Positions 28,790 to 37,478 of a stretch of DNA of 64,000 nucleotides are shown one piece after another. Location of the stretch: assembly GCA_963798285.1 (NCBI GenBank), contig CAWCSR010000003.1, forward strand, positions 66,777-130,776, read 5' to 3'. This stretch comes from an uncultured Thermoleophilia bacterium (GTDB taxonomy: Bacteria; Actinomycetota; Thermoleophilia; UBA2241). Position 1 is the stretch's first letter. Each line of letters begins with the position of its first letter. The translations under genes and the position numbers were made by a program. The notes beneath the pieces were generated by a model. The model had not been told where the DNA came from, did no database searches, and saw only the letters and a list, made by a program, of their open reading frames with translations.

Positions 28790-30037
28790 TCACAGGATGG
28801 CGCCATGGATCCACGCCAGCGGCAGACGCACCACGTTGAAGATGATCTTCAGAGCCTGCTGGATGTTCCCTGTTGAGACGAACGCATAGCCGAGCGCCAC
28901 GAAGAGGAACGTCGCCGGGTAGCCCAGCCACTTGGTGACCTTCTCGTAGCCGGCAGCCGGCGGCAGGCCCGCCTTCTTGCGCTTCTTCTTGCGGGCCCGC
29001 TTCCACCGCTCCCAGCGCGCCACGACGACGAGACCGGTGCCGTGGTAGAGGCCCCAGGCGATCCAGTTCAGGTCGACCTGGTGCCACAGGCCCATGACCA
29101 GCATACTCGAGTACAGGCCCAGCCACGTCTTGCGCGTGAGGCCGAACGTCGGGAAGTACACGTTGTTGCGCACCCAGGTGCTGAGCGAGATGTGCCAGCT
29201 GTGCCAGAACTCGCTCAGGTTCTTCTGCCAGAACGGGAAGTGGAAGTTCTCCATGATCCGGAACCCGAAGAGGCGCGAGAAGCCGACGGCGAGGTCGGTG
29301 TACGCGGAGAGGTCGAAGTACGCGCGCACGAACACGATGATGCAGTACGCGAGCGGCCACCACCAGCCGACGTGGTGCGGGTTGAAGTCGGTCTTGCCGA
29401 TGGTCGTGATGATCTTGCCGAAGAAGATCGAGAACAGGAAGTCGACGACGAAGACCTTCTTGAAGTAGCCCAGCGCGATGCGCCGCAGGCCGTAGTAGAA
29501 CTCCTGGCGCTCGAAGCCCACGGTGCGCTTCTCGTAGAAGCCCTGGTACGTCTCCAGCGGACCCGCCGGGAACGCCGGGATCCACATGATGAACGCCGCC
29601 AGCCGCAGCAGGTTGTTCTCCTCGATCACGCCGCGCATGCAGTCGAAGATGTACTGCAGCATGCGGAACACGAAGTAGCTGATGCCCAGCGGCATGATCA
29701 GGTGGCTGACGATGGGGTCGTTGGAGCCCCAGATGGCGCTGGCCCCCGTGTGCCCGTACTTGCCGATGCCCAGCGTCACGAGTGCTATGACGATGCCGAT
29801 GAGCACCACCCGGCCGCCGCGCAGCTTCTTCTTGCGCTTCAGATCGACCAGCTGGTGCGTGACCAGCACAAGCCCGAGGGCGATGCCGGCGAAGATCGGG
29901 TTCAGGAGGGCCAGTACGGCGACGCTGACGACGAGCATGAAGATCAGCCGGTAGACGTCCTTGCGCAGCAGCAGCCAGAAGACGAGCAGCGCGACGATCA
30001 CCACCGGGATCAGGTACAGCGTGAAGTAGATCTTCAC
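28790..30037 (-). CDS. MBOAT family membrane O-acyltransferase (DltB/AlgI-like)
   Basis: 415 aa, polytopic. PLGISYFVFRMLQYIFD and NLSEFWHSWHISLSTWVRNNVYFP (conserved His). GTGA overlap with the upstream gene. Confidence 0.85.
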   Translation of the reverse strand: MKIYFTLYLIPVVIVALLVFWLLLRKDVYRLIFMLVVSVAVLALLNPIFAGIALGLVLVTHQLVDLKRKKKLRGGRVVLIGIVIALVTLGIGKYGHTGASAIWGSNDPIVSHLIMPLGISYFVFRMLQYIFDCMRGVIEENNLLRLAAFIMWIPAFPAGPLETYQGFYEKRTVGFERQEFYYGLRRIALGYFKKVFVVDFLFSIFFGKIITTIGKTDFNPHHVGWWWPLAYCIIVFVRAYFDLSAYTDLAVGFSRLFGFRIMENFHFPFWQKNLSEFWHSWHISLSTWVRNNVYFPTFGLTRKTWLGLYSSMLVMGLWHQVDLNWIAWGLYHGTGLVVVARWERWKRARKKKRKKAGLPPAAGYEKVTKWLGYPATFLFVALGYAFVSTGNIQQALKIIFNVVRLPLAWIHGAIL

Positions 30038-31110
30038 CCGCTACTCCCTCCAGAGTCCGTGCTGAGGAGCGGGGCGAGCTCCTTCGCCAGTGCATGTTGC
30101 CAGATGACGCGCCCGGGCGCGATGAGATGCGAGAGGTCCTGGAAGTCGCGGCTCGGGATGTCGAGCGTCTTGTTGAGGTCGACGTACCGGACTCCGTACT
30201 TGCCGGCCAGCGCCGTCACCGGCTCCTGGTATTGCCGCTGCGAGGCGGCGAAGCTGTCGCCGACGATCTGCTCGTTGAGCGGCAGCTCAACGAGCACGAC
30301 GCGCACGTGGCGCTCGCGGGCCTGCTTCAACAGCTCCTCGAGCATCTGCAGGTTGGCGGCCACGTTCTGGTCGAAGACGGGGCGGCGGCTCGTGTTCCAC
30401 GTCGTCACGAGCCGCCTCTTCTGGCTGTTCGAGCGCCGCGTCGCCGCCGAGTACCGGTGGAGGGCGTACTCGATGCTCGGCGGCTTTCCCTCGACCAGGC
30501 CGACCGCGTGCGTCTTGGCCCACCCGGTGATGTACGACCAGATGCCGGGCAGGATGGTGTACTGATACTTCCCGAGTCCCCAGTGGGACGAGACGAAGGA
30601 CTGCACGGCGCGGCTGTCCAGCAGCAGCTCGCGGCCCTGGGCCTGCACGGCGTTCGTCTGCCTGGTCTCCGTGAAGCGGCCCAGGTTGATGCCGACCAGC
30701 ATCCAGGCCGGCGTGCGCGACGTGTCCGGCACGCTGTCCACAACGGCCAGGCTCTCGGCGAAGTTCTGATTGATCGAGCCCAGGTCGTAGGCGGCGACGC
30801 TGGGGCCGCCGTCCTGCTTGATCTCGGCGGCGAGCGCGTCGCCGCTCACGATCGACTCGCGGGCGCTCGAGCCGCCGACCAGGTAGAGGCCCGGCAAGCT
30901 CGGCGGCTGCTGCCGCGCCCTGCCGACCATCCACGAGATGTACGTGAACGAGTCCTGGCGATTGCGCAGGGCGCGGTCGAGCGACACCGTCGTCCAGGCG
31001 CCGCTCGTGAACAGCCACTGGAAGCCGAGCAGCGCCGGTACGAGCAGCAAGCCGGCGACGATCAGCACGAGCGGATTGCGGTTGCGGAACCCGCGCTTGA
31101 AGGCGCCCAT
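30034..31110 (-). CDS. DltD-like extracytoplasmic acyl-transferase/esterase, paralog 2
   Basis: 358 aa. N-terminal TM (NPLVLIVAGLLLVPALLGF). LVGGSSARE (compare DltD GSSE). SRDFQDLSHLIAPGRVIW (compare DltD D-x-x-H-I-x-x-x-G). Confidence 0.7.
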   Translation of the reverse strand: MGAFKRGFRNRNPLVLIVAGLLLVPALLGFQWLFTSGAWTTVSLDRALRNRQDSFTYISWMVGRARQQPPSLPGLYLVGGSSARESIVSGDALAAEIKQDGGPSVAAYDLGSINQNFAESLAVVDSVPDTSRTPAWMLVGINLGRFTETRQTNAVQAQGRELLLDSRAVQSFVSSHWGLGKYQYTILPGIWSYITGWAKTHAVGLVEGKPPSIEYALHRYSAATRRSNSQKRRLVTTWNTSRRPVFDQNVAANLQMLEELLKQARERHVRVVLVELPLNEQIVGDSFAASQRQYQEPVTALAGKYGVRYVDLNKTLDIPSRDFQDLSHLIAPGRVIWQHALAKELAPLLSTDSGGSSG

Positions 31111-32177
31111 CAGCGCGTCGTCCTGAGCGTGCCGTCCTTGTAGAGCGCGGCCAGCCGGCGGGCGAGCTCGGCCTGCCAGATCGCCCGCCCCGCGGGCCGC
31201 AGGTGCGACAGATCGAGGAAGTCACGGCTGGGGAGGTCGAGCTGGGCGTTGAAGTCGAGGTACGGCACGCCGAACTTGTCGGCGATGGCCTTGGTGGGCG
31301 CCTGGTAGGCTGCGATCGCCTTGGCGAAGGCGTCGCCGACGATCTGCCGGTTCCACGGGAGCTCGACGATGACGATGTCGAGGCCGCGCGCCTTACCCTC
31401 GGCGATCAGGCCGTCGAGCATCGCCGCGTCGAACGCGTGGACCTTCTTGAACGCGGGGTAGTACTGCGTGAGCCACTGCTTCACCAGCGCGCGCTTCTCG
31501 GAGTCCGGCAGAGTCTTGCGCGTGTCGAACGCGTGCACCTTGTACGGCTTCTGGTGCAGCTTGCCCTTGAGGAGCGCGTTCTCGCGTTGCTGCACGTAGG
31601 AGGTGAGCGCCGAGAAGATGCCCGGCAGGATCGTGTACGAGTACTTCTGCTCGCCCGAGTGCGCGGTGACCCAGCGGCGCAGCGAGTCGCTCTTGAGCAG
31701 GAGCTCGCGGCCGATGACCTGGTTGTAGTTGCTCTGCGGGCTGGTCGTGAAGCGGCCGAGGTTCACGCCGACCAGCACCGTCGTCGGCGTGTCCGGCAGG
31801 TTGTCGAGGATCGCCCAGCTCTGCGCGTAGCGCTGCATGCGCGAGCTCAGGTTGTACGCGGCGATGCCGGGGCCGCCGTCCGCCTTGACCTCGGCGGCCA
31901 GAGAGGGACCGCTCACCAGCGCCTCGCGTCCGCTCGAACCGCCGAGCAGTACCGCCAGCGGCTGATCGGGCGGGTGCTCCTTGAGGTGCCCGACCGTCCA
32001 CGAGACGAACATGTAGTCATCGGTCGAGTTGCGCTCCCAGCGCTGTGCGGCGATCGCCGTCCAGGCGCCGCTGGTGAAATAGCTCTGAATGGCGAGAAGC
32101 GCCGGCACGAGGAGGGCCAGCGCCGCGACGAGCACCAGGGGGTTCCGGTTGCGCAGGCCCCTCCTGAAGCTGCTCAC
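31110..32177 (-). CDS. DltD-like extracytoplasmic acyl-transferase/esterase, paralog 1
   Basis: GTG at 32177 overlapping the ligase stop (GTGA). VSSFRRGLRNRNPLVLVAALALLV, LLGGSSGRE, SRDFLDLSHLRPAGRAIW. Confidence 0.7.
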   Translation of the reverse strand: MSSFRRGLRNRNPLVLVAALALLVPALLAIQSYFTSGAWTAIAAQRWERNSTDDYMFVSWTVGHLKEHPPDQPLAVLLGGSSGREALVSGPSLAAEVKADGGPGIAAYNLSSRMQRYAQSWAILDNLPDTPTTVLVGVNLGRFTTSPQSNYNQVIGRELLLKSDSLRRWVTAHSGEQKYSYTILPGIFSALTSYVQQRENALLKGKLHQKPYKVHAFDTRKTLPDSEKRALVKQWLTQYYPAFKKVHAFDAAMLDGLIAEGKARGLDIVIVELPWNRQIVGDAFAKAIAAYQAPTKAIADKFGVPYLDFNAQLDLPSRDFLDLSHLRPAGRAIWQAELARRLAALYKDGTLRTTR

Positions 32178-33709
32178 CCCAGCTCCTCGACGAGCAGAGC
32201 CTGCAGCTCCGCCCTGATCGCCTTTCCGGATCCGGTGCGCGGGATCGCCTCGACGGCGATGACGCGGCTGGGCAGGGACGTGGACGGCAGCACGCCGCGC
32301 AGCTCGCGCAGGAGCTTTGAGGCTCTGAAGCCGTCCGGCTCGTGCGGGACGACGAACGCGACCGGCACGTGGCCGAGGATCTCGTCCGGAGCGGCGACCA
32401 CGGCGACGTCGGCGAAGCGTCCGAGCCCCTGCAGCGCCTCCTGCACGTGGATGATGCTGACCTTCTCGCCGCCGCGCTTGATGATGTCGTCCTTGCGCCC
32501 GGCGATCCACACGGCGCCCGTCTCGTCGACTTTGCCGAAGTCACCGGTCTTGAGGCCGTGATCCGTCAGCGTCTTCGCGGTGATGCCCGGCTCGTCCAGG
32601 TAGTCCTGCATGAGCAGCGAGCCGGTCACGTAGAGCTCGCCCTGCTCGCCGGGCGCGGCCTCCGTGAGGTCGCCGCGCCGGGCGACCACGCGCATGTCTC
32701 CGATGGGCCGGCCGACTGAGCCGACGCGCACGTCGAGCTCGGCCGGCGGCAGGATGCACAGCCGGCCGCTGACCTCGGTGAGGCCGTACATGTTGAACAG
32801 GCCGATGCCCGGCAGCACGCTTTGGAACTTCTCGATCACCGGCAGCGGCAGGTGGTCGCCGCTGCTCACCCAGAAGCGCAACGGGTGCTCGCGCGGCTCC
32901 TCCATCGGCTCCACCACGCGGACCAGATGGGCCGGCGCGCCACCGAATCCGGTGCAACCCTCCGCCTCCATCTCGTCGAGCAGGCCGGTGCCGAAGTAGA
33001 AGCCGAGCTGGCCGGCCACGCCCCCGCCGCTCGCCAGCAGCGTGAGGAAGTGGCAGATGCCGCTGGTGAAGTACGGCGGCGTGTTGATGAAGATGCGGTC
33101 GCCGGCCTCGAGCCCGAGCGTGAGGGCGACGTGCCCGGCGTTGCTCGAGACCGCCCTCAGCGTCTGGCGCACACCCTTGGGCAGCCCGGTCGTGCCGGAC
33201 GTGAACATGATCATCGCGATCTCGTCCCCGGTGACGGCCTTGAGCTCGCCGGGGGCAGCGGCCGCAGCAGCTTCGCCGCCGGCCGCGCGCACGCCGTCCA
33301 CGAGGCCGTCTGCGTCGGCGGTGACGACGAGCCGCACGGGACCGTCGTCCGGCGTCGGGCAGGTCGCGTCGTCCGGTACCAGAATGACGTCCGGCCGGGA
33401 CTTGCCGACCAGCCAGTCCACGTCGTGCTGCGGCAGGCTCGTGTTGAGCGGGACGACGACCTGCCCGGCGAGCCAGGCGCCCAGCATGCAGACGAAGAAC
33501 TGGTCGTACTCCTCAAGCACGAGCGCGATGCGGGCGCCGCGCCGGCCAGCGGCGGCCAGGAGTGACGCCGCGACTCGCGTCGCCCGCGCCTCCATGTCCG
33601 CGTAGGTGTAGGTGCGCCCGCGCGTGCGCAGAAGCGTCTCGCCGGCGCGCTCGGCCGCGAAGCGGCGCAGGCGCGCGACGGCGTCGGTCATCAGTGGCTC
33701 GGGCGTCAT
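32174..33709 (-). CDS. ANL-superfamily adenylating enzyme (AMP-dependent synthetase/ligase; DltA-like role, substrate unknown)
   Basis: 511 aa. MFTSGTTGLPKGV, NMYGLTE, KTGDFG, GRKDDIIKRGGEKV, PRTGSGKAIR core motifs. Confidence 0.85.
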   Translation of the reverse strand: MTPEPLMTDAVARLRRFAAERAGETLLRTRGRTYTYADMEARATRVAASLLAAAGRRGARIALVLEEYDQFFVCMLGAWLAGQVVVPLNTSLPQHDVDWLVGKSRPDVILVPDDATCPTPDDGPVRLVVTADADGLVDGVRAAGGEAAAAAAPGELKAVTGDEIAMIMFTSGTTGLPKGVRQTLRAVSSNAGHVALTLGLEAGDRIFINTPPYFTSGICHFLTLLASGGGVAGQLGFYFGTGLLDEMEAEGCTGFGGAPAHLVRVVEPMEEPREHPLRFWVSSGDHLPLPVIEKFQSVLPGIGLFNMYGLTEVSGRLCILPPAELDVRVGSVGRPIGDMRVVARRGDLTEAAPGEQGELYVTGSLLMQDYLDEPGITAKTLTDHGLKTGDFGKVDETGAVWIAGRKDDIIKRGGEKVSIIHVQEALQGLGRFADVAVVAAPDEILGHVPVAFVVPHEPDGFRASKLLRELRGVLPSTSLPSRVIAVEAIPRTGSGKAIRAELQALLVEELG

Positions 33710-33725
33710 GAGCGCGTAGCTGGGG

Positions 33726-33923
33726 TCAGAAGCCGACGTATCTGAACTCGGTGAGCTTGTCGCCCACCAGCACGGCCACCGTGATCGCCAGGAACAGCAG
33801 GAACCAGAGAAACGTCTGCAGGCTCAGACCGAGCCCGTAGTAGAACCACTGGGCGCGAGGCTTGGCCGGCTCCGGGCTCTCCGTGCCCTCCGCCGGCCGC
33901 TGCTCTGTATCAGTCTCAGGCAT
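33726..33923 (-). CDS. DltX-like small membrane protein with C-terminal F-x-Y-x-x-F motif
   Basis: 65 aa. One TM (LQTFLWFLLFLAITVAVLV). Extreme C-terminus EFRYVGF. 8-nt overlap with the carrier-protein gene. Confidence 0.6.
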   Translation of the reverse strand: MPETDTEQRPAEGTESPEPAKPRAQWFYYGLGLSLQTFLWFLLFLAITVAVLVGDKLTEFRYVGF

Positions 33924-34164
33924 CGCCCGCCTTCTTGCGCGCGACGTAGGCCAGCATGTGGTTCACGGTGTCCAGGTTCTCGTAGACGATGTCCATGGGC
34001 CTCACCTTGATCTCGAACTCCTCCTCGAGAAACGCGATGAGCGCCGTGAGGTTCATGGAATCGAGCAACTGGTCACGGAAGAGCGACGTGTCGGCGGTGA
34101 CCTCGTCTTCTTCAAGGTCGGCCTCGTCGCGGATGAATTCGAGGATGGTATCGGCGTCGGCCAT
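33916..34164 (-). CDS. Acyl/peptidyl carrier protein, DltC-like
   Basis: 82 aa. SLFRDQLLDSMNLTALIAFLEEEFEI with Ser in the LDS phosphopantetheine site. GGAAGGA RBS. Confidence 0.8.
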   Translation of the reverse strand: MADADTILEFIRDEADLEEDEVTADTSLFRDQLLDSMNLTALIAFLEEEFEIKVRPMDIVYENLDTVNHMLAYVARKKAGDA

Positions 34165-34192
34165 GTCGGTTCCTTCCCGGTCTGGGCGAGGG

Positions 34193-34876
34193 TCAGGTAC
34201 GGGTGCCCTGGCTGTAGGAGAACTGCATGTAGTTCTCGAAGCCGGAGGCCTCTTTGCCCGCCTTGATCACCCCGGCGAGCGTGAACACGCGCTGCGCGGT
34301 CTGGAAGCCCTGCTCGAGGCCCCACTCGTCGCTGAGGACGTGCCCCCTACCTCCGGCCCAGCCGTAGGCGCCGAACTGACAGGAGCCGTCGCCGTTGCCC
34401 ACGACGAGGCAGCCGTTGCGCACGAAGGGCAGCCACGTGGCCAGGATCGCCGTCTCGGCGCCGCCGGAGCGGCGGCCGGCCGTGGCCAGCACGCCGACCG
34501 GCTTGTCGGCGAGCCTGAAGTCCTGGTGCCGCAGCGGGCGCGTGCGCATGATGAACCTGGAGAACAGGTCGGACGGCAGACCGAAGTAGACCGGCGTGGC
34601 CACGAGGATGCCGTCGGCGGCCACCATCGCGTCGAGGATGCCCTGCACGTCGTCCTCCTGCTCGCGGACGCAGGGGATGAAGGTGCCGTCCTTCTTCTTG
34701 CCGCAGACGTTGCACGCCTTGCACGGCTCGATGTGCAGGTCACGCAGGCTGATGACCTCGTGCTCGCAATCGCCGGGGTAGGCGGCGTCGAGCTTCTCGA
34801 AGGCCGTATCCAGCATGATGCTGCTGTTGCTGTTGTCGCGGGGGCTGCAGTTGAGCCCCAAGAGCCGCACCGTCAT
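34193..34876 (-). CDS. Flavodoxin-like/NADPH-dependent FMN reductase family protein with a Cys cluster (iron-sulfur flavoprotein-like)
   Basis: 227 aa from ATG 34876. LLGLNCSPR, CKACNVCGKKKDGTFIPC, ILVATPVYFG. Confidence 0.6.
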   Translation of the reverse strand: MTVRLLGLNCSPRDNSNSSIMLDTAFEKLDAAYPGDCEHEVISLRDLHIEPCKACNVCGKKKDGTFIPCVREQEDDVQGILDAMVAADGILVATPVYFGLPSDLFSRFIMRTRPLRHQDFRLADKPVGVLATAGRRSGGAETAILATWLPFVRNGCLVVGNGDGSCQFGAYGWAGGRGHVLSDEWGLEQGFQTAQRVFTLAGVIKAGKEASGFENYMQFSYSQGTRT

Positions 34877-35040
34877 GCTTCGTGCTCCTCTCCGTGCACG
34901 GCCCCCCGACGAACACGAAGGGCAGAAGGGAAACGTCATGCCCGCAGTCGCCGTACGGGAACGCAATCGTACCAGACGTCCGGCTCGCGCGCGCCCGCAA
35001 CACGCCCGCGCAAGGCGATACACAGGCGTTTCACAGGAAG

Positions 35041-35128
35041 TGGTGCCGGAGGTGGGACTCGAACCCACACGCCCTTTCGGGGCACCCGATTTTGAGTCGA
35101 GCGCGTCTACCAGTTCCGCCACACCGGC
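35041..35128 (-). tRNA. tRNA-Leu (anticodon CAA), long variable arm, CCA encoded
   Basis: Minus strand reads GCCGGTGTGGCGGAACTGGTAGACGCGCTCGACTCAAAATCGGGTGCCCCGAAAGGGCGTGTGGGTTCGAGTCCCACCTCCGGCACCA. Confidence 0.9.
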
Positions 35129-35364
35129 ACGGTGTCGTCCGCAGGAGAGCCATCCCTTGACCACTCGCAGCCGCGCGGCGCCATTGGAACAGACTGCCGA
35201 CCTTGTCCGGCTTTCGCCATCGCGGGTGCTGCGTGCCTATTCTGACGTATCCCGACCACCTTGTGCATCTTCGGAGTCTGGATGATCGTTCAGCCGGGTT
35301 GTGACGGCCGGCTCAGGGTCGAGGCTGGTGTGCACCATCAGGCAGACACGCGCGACTCAGGAAG

Positions 35365-35646
35365 TCACTCAGTCTGGCCGGCAGCCACAAGCTCCGGGGC
35401 GTCGGCGACGGGCTGCTCCGGGGCGCCAGCGACGGGCTGCTCCTGGGCTTCAGCGACGGGCTGGCCAGCGGTCGCGGCCGTCGACTGCTCTTCGTCCTCG
35501 AGAGGGTCGTCCTCGTCGAGGCCCTGCTTGAAGCCGCGGATGCTCTGGCCGAGTGAGCGACTGAGCTTGGGCAGCCGCTGCGCCCCGAAGAGAAGGAAGA
35601 CGACGAGGGCGATGATGAGCAGTTCAGGTACGCCGATATCAGGCAC
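35365..35646 (-). CDS. tatA: Twin-arginine translocase subunit TatA/E
   Basis: [42 protein letters not shown]. Acidic C-terminal tail with EQPVA repeats. Confidence 0.8.
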   Translation of the reverse strand: MPDIGVPELLIIALVVFLLFGAQRLPKLSRSLGQSIRGFKQGLDEDDPLEDEEQSTAATAGQPVAEAQEQPVAGAPEQPVADAPELVAAGQTE

Positions 35647-35885
35647 GAAGACTCTCCAGTGTCCGAGGTCCGGCTCGCGCTCCGCGAGCCGTCTCTTGCC
35701 TTGAGCCGAGTATGGAACCGGCGGAACAGGGCTGCAACTTCGCCCGGCGGTCGTGCTGGGACGAAAGGTCCCGGCGCGCGCCGGGCGGCGAGAACGGAGA
35801 CGGCCGCCGGGAGCTCGTGAGGAGCTCCCGGCGGCCGTCGCGGTCCTGCGCCGGCGCCTGTGAGCGCCGGCGCGGACTCAGACGA

Positions 35886-36584
35886 TCAGTACTGCGAAGA
35901 GTATGTCGTGGTCCACATGGACGGACCCATGCCCTTGCTGAGGGCGTAGGCGGTCGCGAAGATCTGCGAGCTACCGTCGTAGATGCTGTCGCCGCGCCAC
36001 GGGTTCCAGCTCGAGGACCAGGTGCCCGTGTAGTACTGGAACAGCCCCTTGAAGGAGGTGCTGGACCCGGCGTACTGCTGGCCACCGGACTCGCGCATCA
36101 TCATGCGGTACATGCCGTCGGCCTTGACGTGGTACTTGGCCGCGGCGACCTTGATGATCGGCATCCACTGCTGGTCGGCCTCCCAGCGGGCCATCTGAAG
36201 CTCGAAGCGGTACTGCTTCGCGATGCGCTGCACGCGCTGCGTCCAGACGTGGACCGCGTGCCGCGCCCGGCTCACCTGCGCCTTGAGCTGGTCGACCGTG
36301 AGGCCGGCCGGGGTGGCGGCAGGAGATGGCGTGGCGGCCGGGGTGGCCGTGGCGACCGGACCGGCGGAGGTGGCGACGCTGGTCGTGGAGCCGATCACAG
36401 CGGCGGACAGGGCGGCCTCGGCGGCCTTCAGGCGGTGGGTGGAGTGGCGGAGGGCCTGCTTCGCTGAGCGGAGCTGGTCCTTGAGGGAGGCCGCCTCGGC
36501 CTTCTGAGGCACGGCGATGGCGGCCAGGGCGGTGGCGACGACGATGATCGCGACGATGGCGATCCAGCTCTTCCTTCGACTCAC
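35886..36584 (-). CDS. Secreted/membrane-anchored lytic transglycosylase (SLT-like domain) with coiled-coil linker
   Basis: GTG at 36584 after AAGGA. TM WIAIVAIIVVATALAAIAV. C-terminal MRESGG...FKGLFQYYTGTW. Confidence 0.6.
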   Translation of the reverse strand: MSRRKSWIAIVAIIVVATALAAIAVPQKAEAASLKDQLRSAKQALRHSTHRLKAAEAALSAAVIGSTTSVATSAGPVATATPAATPSPAATPAGLTVDQLKAQVSRARHAVHVWTQRVQRIAKQYRFELQMARWEADQQWMPIIKVAAAKYHVKADGMYRMMMRESGGQQYAGSSTSFKGLFQYYTGTWSSSWNPWRGDSIYDGSSQIFATAYALSKGMGPSMWTTTYSSQY

Positions 36585-36764
36585 AACGTCCTTTCGACGC
36601 GGTTTCCCCTCGGGCAGCGGTATCTGACCTGTGCAGAAGGGGGCGGTCGGCGTCGGAACCACGCTGAGCCCGCATGCGCACGCCGCAAGGGTGAAGGGGG
36701 AAGAAGGAGGGCGAACAGAATGTGGGGGCGCGCCAGACGCCTCGTTGTTCGTTCGGGGAGTTAG

Positions 36765-37415
36765 TTAAGCAGGAGTGGACGCTTCGTGCAACCCGAGAGC
36801 GTTGCGCAGGCTCGCTTCGACGATCCAGCCGGCGACGTGGGTGCGCTCCTGCAGGACCGAGAAGCCTGCCTCACGTGCAAACGTCACCGTATCTCTGTCG
36901 AGCCGGCACCCGCCGGCGACGGCGGCCCACGCCGGGGCCGCCAGCTTCTGGACGGCCCGCCCCGGCTCCCAGTGGAGGTGCACGTGTTCGAGCAGCAGGA
37001 GAGCGCCTCCGGGGACGAGGACCCGGCGGAGCTCGGCGAGCGCCGCCGCCGGGTCGGCCACCGTGCACAGCGCGAACGCACTCACGGCCGCGTCGAAGCT
37101 CGCGTCAGCGAAGGGCAACTCCTCCGCGCGGCCATCGACCACCGTCACCCGGGCGGCGGCCCGCGCCGCCCGCCGCCGCGCCCGCTCGCGCATGGAAGCA
37201 TCGGGCTCCAGCGCTGTGACCTCCGTGCCCGGGGCGTACCAGCGGAACTGCGCGCCGGTGCCCGAGCCGATCTCGAGCACGCGCCCGCGCGCGGTCGCCG
37301 CGAGGCGACGCCGCCAGTCGCCGATGGCGGCGCGCTCGAACGGCCACATGACCGCGTCGTACAGGGCGGCGCTGCCGCCGGCAGGGGTTGAGATTCGGGG
37401 CTCCATCCTGAACAC
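36765..37415 (-). CDS. Class I SAM-dependent methyltransferase
   Basis: 216 aa. VLEIGSGTG (motif I), FDAAVSAFALC, LRRVLVPGGALLLLEH. Confidence 0.75.
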   Translation of the reverse strand: MFRMEPRISTPAGGSAALYDAVMWPFERAAIGDWRRRLAATARGRVLEIGSGTGAQFRWYAPGTEVTALEPDASMRERARRRAARAAARVTVVDGRAEELPFADASFDAAVSAFALCTVADPAAALAELRRVLVPGGALLLLEHVHLHWEPGRAVQKLAAPAWAAVAGGCRLDRDTVTFAREAGFSVLQERTHVAGWIVEASLRNALGLHEASTPA

Positions 37416-37478
37416 TTATGCTGTCCTTCCGCGTCCTCCGGTTCATGCCCCGCCGGCCGGCGCCACACGCATGGGGCG

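Noticed and set aside
36585-36765. A possible c-di-AMP (ydaO-type) riboswitch in the ~180-nt leader of the lytic transglycosylase gene, by analogy with rpf and cell-wall hydrolase leaders in actinobacteria.
   Set aside because: I could find only vague resemblances (GGGGAAACC, CCGACGCCGA). The conserved ACCCG...AGCUAACCUCG-type elements are absent by eye. It needs a covariance-model scan before any claim.
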